From: a virus
Direction: 5' to 3' (one strand)
DNA length: 64,000 nucleotides
IMG/VR virus record: IMGVR_UViG_3300032223_002784
Coordinates: 1-64,000 of that record
Position 1 is the first letter of the stretch, and each line of letters begins with the position of its first letter. Shown one piece after another: positions 35,887-46,000 of the stretch. A program made the translations under genes and the position numbers. A model generated the notes under the pieces. The model was not told the origin of the DNA, did not search any database, and was given only the letters and a program-made list of their open reading frames with translations.

Positions 35887-36168
35887 TTACTTGGTTATAG
35901 TAGAGGCTGTTTTGTCTGCTGCTGCTTGAGCTGACAATTCTGCTGCCTGAGCTGCTTCAAGAGATTTAATCTCATTTTGCAAAACTAACTTTTGAGAAGC
36001 AATACTTGCAAGTTGTAAATTTACGCCATCAATGTTTGATTGATTTGGAATTGTTACTGCTTGAGACTCAAGTAGGCTAATCTGTTGATTATACTCAGAA
36101 TATAGGATATTCTTCAAGTGTTGCTGCACAATTGTGAGCTTGTCTTCTACGCTTAATTCTAGATTCAT
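35887..36168 (-). CDS. coiled-coil hypothetical protein
   Basis: GGAGG SD, GGTATAAT box upstream. Confidence 0.7.
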   Translation of the reverse strand: MNLELSVEDKLTIVQQHLKNILYSEYNQQISLLESQAVTIPNQSNIDGVNLQLASIASQKLVLQNEIKSLEAAQAAELSAQAAADKTASTITK

Positions 36169-36202
36169 TTTGTTTCCTCCTTTCTTATTATACCATTATA
36201 GC

Positions 36203-37108
36203 TTACTTTGAGTCAACTAAGACTTCTCTGTTTTCAAAGTCTAACCCCGCAAAAAGGCCATATTCAGATAAAGACCTTTCCTCGCCTAAATGTAATTTTC
36301 CAACTTTTTTAAAGACAAAAGTATCTATAATTTCTTTTTTAGAGATTACATCAATTTCTGCAAATTGATCTTGAAAATCAGACCATATTAACCTTCTCAT
36401 ATTTTTAGGCGGGTTTGTGTGGTCAAAGTATAAATGCGACATAAATTGTTTTGTTGGAACCACTGGGGTAAATCCGTTAGTATATGCCCTTGCTGCAATA
36501 AAAATTTCTTCTCCATAAAAAGCTATGTCTGTATTGGGTGTTATAAATGGCCCAACTGTAAAAACAGAGCCACCTGAGATTGATCTTGAAAAAATGTTGT
36601 CTTTTGGGTTTGGCATAGCTGTTTGTGTTGGTATCATTATATCTTTAAACTGTTGTACATTTTCATGAAAACTAATTTCTGAAACTGAATTTCCACGATC
36701 TTCGTCTATTGAGAAATCATCATTATACCAATAGTTTTTTGGATAATTAGTTATTAATGGTTTTTTAATTCCCATAGACTGATATTCTTGTGTAAGATTA
36801 ACTAAATATTCATCCCATCCATCTATAAATCTGCTATGTGAATCTATTTGAAAATAATAATCTTCTCCGTTATAAAAACTATGAGCTATTGATCTTCCAA
36901 CTCCCAGCCCTATATTCTCTGGAGCCTTGCTTACTTTATACTTTACACATTCTAGTTCTGGTATAGTAATTTCTTGTTTTTCAAAATAACAAAGATGTAC
37001 TCCAAAATTAATTTGATATTTTCCAGAACTTTTATTTATAGCATCCCTGATAGTTCTAGGTAACTCAAAATCATGATATGCAGCTAATTGAATAAATATA
37101 CTTTTCAT
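36203..37108 (-). CDS. GT60-like glycosyltransferase (Skp1-hydroxyproline/polypeptide GlcNAc-transferase family)
   Basis: SIFIQLAAYHD-x-EL, YYFQIDSHSRF-x2-GWD (DxH motif), FYGEE, ARAYTNG, HLY, LGEERSL. Confidence 0.82.
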   Translation of the reverse strand: MKSIFIQLAAYHDFELPRTIRDAINKSSGKYQINFGVHLCYFEKQEITIPELECVKYKVSKAPENIGLGVGRSIAHSFYNGEDYYFQIDSHSRFIDGWDEYLVNLTQEYQSMGIKKPLITNYPKNYWYNDDFSIDEDRGNSVSEISFHENVQQFKDIMIPTQTAMPNPKDNIFSRSISGGSVFTVGPFITPNTDIAFYGEEIFIAARAYTNGFTPVVPTKQFMSHLYFDHTNPPKNMRRLIWSDFQDQFAEIDVISKKEIIDTFVFKKVGKLHLGEERSLSEYGLFAGLDFENREVLVDSK

Positions 37109-38085
37109 AAATTTTCTCCGTATGGTTGCTCTTTATTATACTTTATTTGTGGTATTCCAGCAAATACTTCTGGCAAAGGTTCGTTGTTAAATGTGGGTTT
37201 TTTAAATAATTCTGGGTTTTCTTCACCCATTTTTTTTCTTTTTAAATAAAGATTAATACAGTATGCTGCTGCTGAGTTGCCTGCCTGATATTCTAGGTTA
37301 TTATATGACCCGTATCTTGCTTGAAACTTAGAGTATATAAAATCGTGATGATAACAATGAAAATGATAATAGTTTTTGTAATAATCTAACCAGTCAGATC
37401 CAGAATCAATGGTATCAATTACCTTAACATTTTTTTCTTTATATACAGAAGACAAGATTATTTCTGCTGCGTACAATGAACATACGCCAGTGCTTAAGCC
37501 TATTGTTCCTCTAAAAAAGGATTTGCCCCATTCACCATCATCATGCCATCCATAATATATATTTTTACAAAGATCATCTGATAACCTCATAATTTCTATT
37601 AAATTTTCTTTTGAACAAATTATTGTTGGACCCATATCGCTTATTCTTTTATACTCTGGATAACCAAACATTCTGGCTGCAACATAATAGTCTTTTATTT
37701 GATTTTCATTTGTCGTATAGTTCCCTCTTCCAATATATATATCATGTTTATTAAATGGAAATTCATTCATTTTTGAAGTAAATAAAACATCTGTATCTGT
37801 TTTACAAACATAGTCATATTCTTCAAGATATTCTGGTTTATCATATGGAAAAACTAAAGATTTAGCAAAACTATAATCTTTATAATATTTTTTTTCTGGA
37901 ACAATATATTTAAATACTTTAACATTTGTGTATAAATCTATATAATCCGCTACATCTGGATGAGCATAAATTATAAAAGTAAATCTTTCATCTAAATCCT
38001 GACCGCTAAAAGTCATTAGATTGCATTCGTCTATAAATTTATTATTCCAAAATTCATCAACATATGCTGTTATTGCAATTTTCAT
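37105..38085 (-). CDS. putative GT-A glycosyltransferase
   Basis: YDYVCKTDTDVLF (DxD), H-x-H-x-YH, SKF; start at MKIAITAY. Confidence 0.55.
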   Translation of the reverse strand: MKIAITAYVDEFWNNKFIDECNLMTFSGQDLDERFTFIIYAHPDVADYIDLYTNVKVFKYIVPEKKYYKDYSFAKSLVFPYDKPEYLEEYDYVCKTDTDVLFTSKMNEFPFNKHDIYIGRGNYTTNENQIKDYYVAARMFGYPEYKRISDMGPTIICSKENLIEIMRLSDDLCKNIYYGWHDDGEWGKSFFRGTIGLSTGVCSLYAAEIILSSVYKEKNVKVIDTIDSGSDWLDYYKNYYHFHCYHHDFIYSKFQARYGSYNNLEYQAGNSAAAYCINLYLKRKKMGEENPELFKKPTFNNEPLPEVFAGIPQIKYNKEQPYGENL

Positions 38086-38177
38086 TTTAACCCCAAATTG
38101 CTGATGCACAAGTTGCATAAACCATTTGGATCTATTTGCGCCATACTTATTGGAAAAAAGTATTTATTATTATTCAT
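38082..38177 (-). pseudogene. internally deleted radical SAM/SPASM gene remnant (inferred)
   Basis: MNNNKYFFPISMAQIDPNGLCN runs out of frame into ATCASAIWG-stop. Confidence 0.45.
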
Positions 38178-38261
38178 TTTATTGAATCACTGGTCCTTGT
38201 CTGTTAATGTATATTTGTAGTGTTGTGTAAAAATCTTATATGAATGAAGAATCATTATTTA

Positions 38262-41200
38262 TTATCCTACAGCTCCAACATATGCTGAAGCACCTGCACT
38301 ATTTTTTGCACGTACATAAATTCTTACCCATTTATAGCTTCCAGTAGTTTGTGTACCCGCTAAAGAAAGTCCAGCTGTTGTGCCTGGTGAAGTTGGTGTT
38401 GCGTTTGTATAAACATTAGAAAATGGACCTGCCTGTAACATTCCGCATTGTACATAAAAGTCATATCCCGTAGCTGCACTATGTGTTGAATCAACTGTTG
38501 GTGCTGACCAACTTGCACTAAATGGTAAAGTTACTCCCGATGCTGCTGAACTGGCTGTCAAATTATTTACCGTATTTGGTATAGTGATAGGTGCTGCAGT
38601 AGTAGTTGTAGTTGGTGCTGCAGTAGTAGTTGTAGTAGTTGTAGTAGTGGTTGTAGTAGTTGGTGCTGCAGTAGTAGTTGTAGTGGTTGTAGTAGTAGTT
38701 GTAGTAGTGGTGGTTGCACTAGTAGTAGCACCACCTAAACTTACCCAGGATCCATTTCCATTATAATTAACTCCTCTAACCCAGTAGTATCTTGTTGTTG
38801 CAGCTGCTAAGGAGTCAACATATGAGCTTGCCGTATCTAGTGCTGTGTAGGTTGCAGCTGTTGAAGAAATTGGTGCAGAGTTAATTGAAGATGAATAAAT
38901 ATCATATCTAGCAGCTGTAGCTGGGGAAGTATTATGAATATTGTTTTTAATGGTAGACCAATAGTTATATGTAGAATCATTATATTGGGTCCATGAAGGT
39001 GTAAGAGTAGTTGTACCTATTGTTACTCCTTTGGATGTTGGTGATTGTGGAGCACCAGGATAGAACCAGTTTGCCGTTGTTCCTGTTTGACCACTAACAT
39101 TTGAATATGTTGTTGTGCTGTTTTGCCCTGTACCATTTGGACCACTCCATCCAGTTGCTACCATATAATAATATCCAGCTTCTGGTATATCGTATAACTT
39201 ATTTAACGATGTATCTATTGTTCCAGAATCATATAATAAATAAGTGTTTACATTTCCATATGAAGAAACCCCGCCACCATTTGTAGCTCTATATATTGAG
39301 ACTACAATACTAGAAGCATTTGTTGATGAAACAGATATGTATCCTTGTGTACCAGAAACTCCTGAAGAGCCCTGAATAACTACAAATGTAGGTGCTGATG
39401 GAATAACAGAATATGTTGCATTAAATGACCCTAGGCCTCCTGCTGCTGTTGCATAGCTTGGAGTAATTGCTGTTGTTGTTGGCAGAGTTCCTAAATTTGT
39501 ATTAGTTCCAGTTCCATCTGTTGTTGAATATGCAGTTACATTGTTTAATGTAAATGTTCCTCCATTTGCAGTCATATCTAATGTAAAGGTTGTACCTGTT
39601 TGAGAAGCACTTGTAAATGTTCCATTTCCAGAAGTGGCTCCAGATATTGTATAATTTACTTTATAGCTTCCAGCATTTGTTGCTGATGCCCAGCTTACTC
39701 CCGCCACCTTGTTAGCTCCAACTGCAGTTATAGTGGCATAAAAAGTTCCAGAATTAGTTATGGGCCAGTAATCATCATATGTTCCATTCCCTTGGCCTAA
39801 TGACGTAGATGTAGATAAAAAATCAGTTGCTGTATGACCCGTAGATATATATGGGGATAAAACTGTATAGTTTCCATTGCTAAAACTTGTTCCATAAATA
39901 GTTTCTGTATATGAAGATGTATTAGATGGCTTTGAACCAACAACCCAATCCAACATAACAGCATTTATATAAGTTGATCCAGTTCCTTGAACTATTGTTG
40001 GTGTACTTGGAGTTGTTGGTGCAGTACTTGCATTGTACACATTATTAATTGTAAATGCACCCACAGGTGCAACAGGAACTGCTGTCTGATTTAGTTGTGA
40101 ACCAGAATACGATAGTCCTGTAGCATATTTATATTTTGGAGTAACATAAACAGTATATGTTGATCCATTCGTTAATCCCGTTGGCGAAACAGATGTTAGG
40201 GTTGAATCTGTAAGTGGATATCCAGTTAGTGATGTTCCTAAGTTATTTCTAACATCTATGTCATAAACATTTGCAGTGGTGGAAGACCATCCTTGAGTAA
40301 ATGTACCTGATCCTTGAGTTTGAGTTCCCCACGATATTGTTGGAAAATCTTGTCCAGTAGGTACTATCCCACCTGAGAATGCTGCACTTCCAGGAACCCC
40401 CTGCATTGATGAGCCTGTATATGGATACATATCTGTTGTTGTAGTATAAGAACTTCCTGGTGATGCTGTAAAGACATAAGCGGTATTAGCACTTGTATTC
40501 ACATAATTTGTAATGTTTGGCAAATAAACAGACACGCCTGCGCCACTTATATAATAATATCCATAGATGTTAACAGAAAGAGTATTTGTTCCTGTTGTAT
40601 AATAAGTCCATGTATTTCCAGATGTGAAACTTTTTATTACTATATTACTAATATTTCCTGGTGGCCCTGGCGTAATAGCTGATCCCATATATATCCATCC
40701 AGAGTACCCAAGAACGGGATCATTATTTCTTCCTCGTACCCAATAATAATAAGTAGTATTTCCAGTAAGTGGCACCACTGTATCAGTAAATGTATTGTTT
40801 GTCGTATAAGATCCAATTGGAAGAGTTCCAGTAGCGGTAACACTTGAAGATGGTGTTGTAGCTGATGAAGAACCATAATATTCAAGAGTATTATTATTAC
40901 TTTGAAATGTTACGTTATCTCCTAAATAGCTACTTTGAGCTACTAATTTCCAGTTTGACGGAATATAACTTAAAGTTATTCCTAGGGAAGTTGTAGCTGC
41001 AACTGATTGTGATGAAGTTCCTATTGGCACTCCAGGATAAAATATATTTGTGTTATATATTGTAGAATAATCGCTTGTAGTTCCATGAGAATTAGTAGCC
41101 GTTACATACATATAATAATATCCATAACTTGGTATACTATAAATTAATGTCCCAGTGCTTGATGTGGCTGTATCATATGTTGTCTGTGTTGCCCAGCTAC

Positions 41201-43025
41201 TACTACCTGATCTATATATAGTCGCAGTCATAGATGTTGCGCCTGTTGCGGTAGCTTTTATATAACCATTATTACCAATAAGTCCACTTAAGCCTTGGCT
41301 ATATGTAAATTGCAATGTTCCAGGTGCGGGTGTAGAGTTATATGGTCCATATGAGGCACTTCTTATTCCTACCCCCGCTGCGTTATAAGCGATAACACTA
41401 TAATAATATGAGCCAGCTGGCAATCCCGTATAATTAATTGCACTATTATTTGTTGTTTTTGTTGTTCCTATGTTAGTCCAGGGACCGCTAGAAGCAGAAG
41501 AATAAGATAATTGATAATATGAAGAAGAATAAAGACTTCCCCAAGTTACGTCTGCAGCTTGATCTGCTGTCCAGGTCATAACAGTAATTGATTGTTGCTC
41601 TGGTAAATCATACATTAATTGAGGAATATTATAATAAAAATCGGAATATGCCCCACTTGTTCCATTTTCTGCTATTGTTTCGCTTGTAATATATTTACCA
41701 CCACTTGTTACTCCTCCCGCTCCTGTTGCAGTTGTATATTGATATGCTGGAAGAATAAATGAGTGATTTTGGTTTTGAGATGTATCAAGCCCACCTGCAG
41801 AATAAAATATTCCAGGTACGGGGACATATGTTGTATAAACTTTTCCAGATGAGTTTGTGATATACCCTCCCGTTCCATTTGTTGTCACCGTTGAAGAATT
41901 CAGCCAATATGGAAGCCACGACACTGCATATGTACCGCTTGGTGCTGGAGTCCAAGTTCCTGTATTAATATTTACTGTTCCCCCAGCAGTGAAAGATATT
42001 GCAGAATTTGTTTTAGCAGAATCATAAATATAACCTACTGGCGAACTTGCCGTCATTGTTGGAGCAGTTACAACTACTGGAGGAGAACTCATCAAACTTG
42101 TTGATCCAAAAGCAATTACTGGTGATCCAGAATAATCTGTACCGCTATTATATTCTGTTTCAATAACATAAAAATAATTATTCAAATCTGTAGTTGTATT
42201 TGTTGTATATGTTGATATTAATTGCATATTTGTTGCATTCCATCCCTGAGATATTCCTATCCCAGAAGTTATTGGAGTAGCATTTGACACTATGCTTGCA
42301 GCATCAGTATATAGAGTTGTACTTTTATACCATTTAACTGTTCCCCTTGATGCATCTGTTGCATATGGTTCGGTATTATCCCAGTTAGCGGTCCATGTTA
42401 TTGTTGCCCCAGGCTTTAAGGTTCCAGTAGAGTATGTAAACCCATAATTAGTATTTGAAGGAGATTGAGAAACAACCCATACTTTATACCAACCTGTTGA
42501 TTGTAAATCAACCCCTGGAATATTTTGTGTATTATTATCAGTTATTTCAAAATCTAAATACTGCCCAGCCCATTGTGAGTTAATGGTAAGTCCATTATAA
42601 TTTTTTGTTCTTAAATCAACTTTTACAGCTGAAGAATACGTTCCAGATAACGGTGATCCTGTTGTGTAATCTGTTGGAATAGTTAAAGTTCCACCCGTTG
42701 AAGTGCTATTTAATAAAACACGATATGCATAGCTTGTGCCCGTAAAACCAGTATTGTCCCATGTACCATTTAATCCATAAAGTATATTGCCAGCGGTGGT
42801 GAGTCTTACATAAGTATTTACATATACGGGTGATCCAGTAGTGCTAGTTGAAAACCAGGGGGAAACTGTTGTATACGGACCTACTTTTGGCCAAAATTGT
42901 TTCCAAACTCCTACTGCAGTTTTTATATATAATCTTTTTGCAGGAGACCATGTACTTACTGCTGTTTTAATAAAGAATTTTTTAGTTGTTGTCCATGTAT
43001 TTGTTGCTGTTTTAAAATATAACAT
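38262..43025 (-). CDS. large tail fibre/adhesin with Fn3/Ig-like repeats and a mucin-like Thr-rich linker
   Basis: 1587 aa, S/T/G/Y-rich; YYYSVIAYN, YYWVRG and YVRAKN Fn3 strands; poly-Thr/AAP tract. Confidence 0.8.
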   Translation of the reverse strand: MLYFKTATNTWTTTKKFFIKTAVSTWSPAKRLYIKTAVGVWKQFWPKVGPYTTVSPWFSTSTTGSPVYVNTYVRLTTAGNILYGLNGTWDNTGFTGTSYAYRVLLNSTSTGGTLTIPTDYTTGSPLSGTYSSAVKVDLRTKNYNGLTINSQWAGQYLDFEITDNNTQNIPGVDLQSTGWYKVWVVSQSPSNTNYGFTYSTGTLKPGATITWTANWDNTEPYATDASRGTVKWYKSTTLYTDAASIVSNATPITSGIGISQGWNATNMQLISTYTTNTTTDLNNYFYVIETEYNSGTDYSGSPVIAFGSTSLMSSPPVVVTAPTMTASSPVGYIYDSAKTNSAISFTAGGTVNINTGTWTPAPSGTYAVSWLPYWLNSSTVTTNGTGGYITNSSGKVYTTYVPVPGIFYSAGGLDTSQNQNHSFILPAYQYTTATGAGGVTSGGKYITSETIAENGTSGAYSDFYYNIPQLMYDLPEQQSITVMTWTADQAADVTWGSLYSSSYYQLSYSSASSGPWTNIGTTKTTNNSAINYTGLPAGSYYYSVIAYNAAGVGIRSASYGPYNSTPAPGTLQFTYSQGLSGLIGNNGYIKATATGATSMTATIYRSGSSSWATQTTYDTATSSTGTLIYSIPSYGYYYMYVTATNSHGTTSDYSTIYNTNIFYPGVPIGTSSQSVAATTSLGITLSYIPSNWKLVAQSSYLGDNVTFQSNNNTLEYYGSSSATTPSSSVTATGTLPIGSYTTNNTFTDTVVPLTGNTTYYYWVRGRNNDPVLGYSGWIYMGSAITPGPPGNISNIVIKSFTSGNTWTYYTTGTNTLSVNIYGYYYISGAGVSVYLPNITNYVNTSANTAYVFTASPGSSYTTTTDMYPYTGSSMQGVPGSAAFSGGIVPTGQDFPTISWGTQTQGSGTFTQGWSSTTANVYDIDVRNNLGTSLTGYPLTDSTLTSVSPTGLTNGSTYTVYVTPKYKYATGLSYSGSQLNQTAVPVAPVGAFTINNVYNASTAPTTPSTPTIVQGTGSTYINAVMLDWVVGSKPSNTSSYTETIYGTSFSNGNYTVLSPYISTGHTATDFLSTSTSLGQGNGTYDDYWPITNSGTFYATITAVGANKVAGVSWASATNAGSYKVNYTISGATSGNGTFTSASQTGTTFTLDMTANGGTFTLNNVTAYSTTDGTGTNTNLGTLPTTTAITPSYATAAGGLGSFNATYSVIPSAPTFVVIQGSSGVSGTQGYISVSSTNASSIVVSIYRATNGGGVSSYGNVNTYLLYDSGTIDTSLNKLYDIPEAGYYYMVATGWSGPNGTGQNSTTTYSNVSGQTGTTANWFYPGAPQSPTSKGVTIGTTTLTPSWTQYNDSTYNYWSTIKNNIHNTSPATAARYDIYSSSINSAPISSTAATYTALDTASSYVDSLAAATTRYYWVRGVNYNGNGSWVSLGGATTSATTTTTTTTTTTTTTTAAPTTTTTTTTTTTTTAAPTTTTTAAPITIPNTVNNLTASSAASGVTLPFSASWSAPTVDSTHSAATGYDFYVQCGMLQAGPFSNVYTNATPTSPGTTAGLSLAGTQTTGSYKWVRIYVRAKNSAGASAYVGAVG
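38590..38727. repeat. (ACN)n trinucleotide repeat encoding T-rich/AAP mucin-like linker
   Basis: gtagtagttgtagt... with three ggtgctgca (AAP) units. Confidence 0.9.
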
Positions 43026-46000
43026 TTAGTATGATACCCACAAATCTCCTACGTACCCGCTTGAAGCTTGTGGGGTTGTTGCTGCTGGTGCATTATATAT
43101 TGCATATCCACGAATTATATCTCCTGCTGTAATTCCTGCTGAAGTAACGGTGTTAGGAGCAACCATTATTGTTCTCAAGAAATTAGCATTGGTTGTCAGG
43201 GTTGAGCTTCCTGCAGCACCATCGCTTGTACCAGATTGTGAAATATCTCCATACACGCTAAGGCCATTGATTGATAATCCATTAGTTCCAAGTTTTACAT
43301 ACTGTGTCCCTGCATTAAAGTACTGTGTTCCGTTATTATAATAATAATATGTATTTGATGGCACGAGGGTTTGCATAACAATTCCAGTTGATGCAAAAGA
43401 TTGAAAAACATTTGAGTTTGCCTGCATATAAATTCCACTTGAATTCATAGCTTGATAAACTCCTGTTGCTGCTTGCATATACACGCTATTTGTGGTTGCT
43501 CCTGTTGGCGAACCTGTGGGTAAAGTTGGTCCAAATAAACTTATAAATGTATTTGTACTGGCACTTAGATTAATTGTACCATTAGAGAATGTAGCCCACG
43601 AACCATATGTTGTTGATGGTGTGTATGTTGTTGGATTGGTTGAAGTATATATTAATATTCCAGCAGTTGTTGGAAAGTTTGTTGATCCCGCTTTATCAAT
43701 TATCATTCCAACTGCAGGTCCACCAGAAAGTTGTAGTCCTGTTGTTGTTGCACTAATAAATGGGCTGCTTGATCCAGTGCTAAAGTAATCCCATGCACCA
43801 GTATACATACCAATTCCATTAACTCTTGTGCCATATGAATCTTTAAATCCGCCACCGCTTGCTGATGTTCCCATTGCAAGAAATGGTGTGCCCGTAGGTG
43901 CTGTTGAATCAGTAAGAGAAGGGGACGATCCTCCCCAAGGTTGTGTACTAGTAGCTGCTGGTGCGGTTAAATAAACATTGTTATTTCTTGTTATTAAATA
44001 TGCAGTTCCAGCAACATCACCTAAAGATATCCAGTCTTTAGCTGCATCAATTGTTATAATATTTTTTGTGCTTGCTGTTCCAGCTGTTGAAACTGTAATA
44101 GCACCAGTTATATCTGCTCCTCTTGCATAAAGTTTTCCACCTAATGTGACTCTAAAAGCATTTGTTGTTGAATCACCTGCTGCACCACCTGTTCCCGCCC
44201 AAAATACGTTAGTGCCAGTTGTTGTGGCTGCACCATATATACCAGCAGAATATCCAGCTACGCTTCCATTTGATACAGATATTGTTCCTGCAGACGAGTC
44301 TAGGGCTATATTTCCATTTCCACCAGAGGATATGCTGGCTATTTTACTTGCATTAATTGTCCATCCGCCTAGATATGCAGCAGTACTATAAAGATTATAT
44401 AGCGTTCCATCTGGGGCGGTAGATGGCGTTGTAAGTAATTGTGTTGAGGTAGAGCCAGATGTCCAAGCATATAGTCCGCTAGGATTAAATATTAATCCTG
44501 GAGTGCCTGATGCTGGCAATGTTCCAGATGTTTGTGGAGAATATAATGAACCTCCAGATATCAATACGTTTCCAGTAAAAGATCCACCAGTTGCATTTAT
44601 TGGGCCAGATAGGTATGCACTTGATGCATACAGCGTTCCATCAGTTCCAATATGTGCTCCAGATGCTGGTCTAAAGATAATTACTGTTGATGTTGGAATA
44701 TTAGCTGATACGCTTGCACTTAAAACAACTGTTGTGGATGTTACAGAGCTTACAGTGGTTCCTGCTGGCAATAATGGAATTCCCGCTGCAGTATATGCAT
44801 AAACAACCATACCTGCAACTGGTGAAACTGACGCTCCATTAATTGTAGTTGCTGTAGTAGTAAATGTAAGTGTGGTTCCAGATGCAGTTGCTGCTGATGT
44901 TGTAAGCTTTAATGGCTGTACTATAGATCCAACATCTAATGTTCCACCTGTAATAATTGCATTGTTGGCATATAGCGTACCTGAAGGTGTCACTGCAAAT
45001 TTAGTATTATCTCCACCTGATGCTGTTGATCCTGCCCATATAGAATATGATGCTGCTGCAAGCGAATTAATTCCAACGTATGAACCCGCTGATCCAAGGT
45101 TTTGAATAGAATTTGTTCCAACTATCCAGTTACCAATTCTTGCATCAGTTGTGGTAAATGTTCCAGTCCCAGTAGTTACATTTCCTAGAATCTGTGTGGT
45201 TGGATTTCCAGATGAATCGTATGCAGAAATATTATTTGATTGAATTGTAACTCTTCCACCACTATTTGTTAACATGGCGGTTCCACTATTTGCATAAGTA
45301 TATGTATTTAATCCAGTTGATGCTACAGAGAATGATGTTGTTGAAGGTGCTGGGGTAGCAAGAATGGTTCCTGATGTTACATTAAATACTGAAGGATAAA
45401 CTCCAACTACTGTAACTGATTGACCCGCTACAAATGTTGAAGCAGCTGCTGGAGATATAGTATATGTTGTATATGTTGTTGTAGCCACTACATTAGAAAT
45501 TGTATAGCTTGTAGCAGCAATAATAGAACCAGTTGAAGAAATTAATAACGGTCCATTAAATGAACCTCTACTTGCATTAACTTGTCCCGATATATTGAGT
45601 GCATTTTGATCCCATACAACTTGATTTCCTGAAGCTCCTACTGAAAAATATCCATTTGAATACCATTGGTTGTAGTTATTAATATACATTCCATCAAGCG
45701 ACCCCGCTGCTGTTCCACTTACTGGAATATTTATAGGGTTTACGCCTTTACCAATTTTCATGGTTCCACTATTAACAGTCATTGCTCCAGCGAAATTACC
45801 TGCTGTAGCATTAATGGTTCCTGTTGCAGTCAAAGCATTTGTTGATGGGTCAAATTTAAATTGATCATTTAATGAAAAGTATCCAGCAGTGTCAATATAG
45901 AATGGAGTTCCATTGTTAAACCAAACGCCAGTACCTGAATAAAGTCTATTTACTGGTTGTGCAGTTTGTATATTGCTATATGTTCCTGATCCATCAATAT

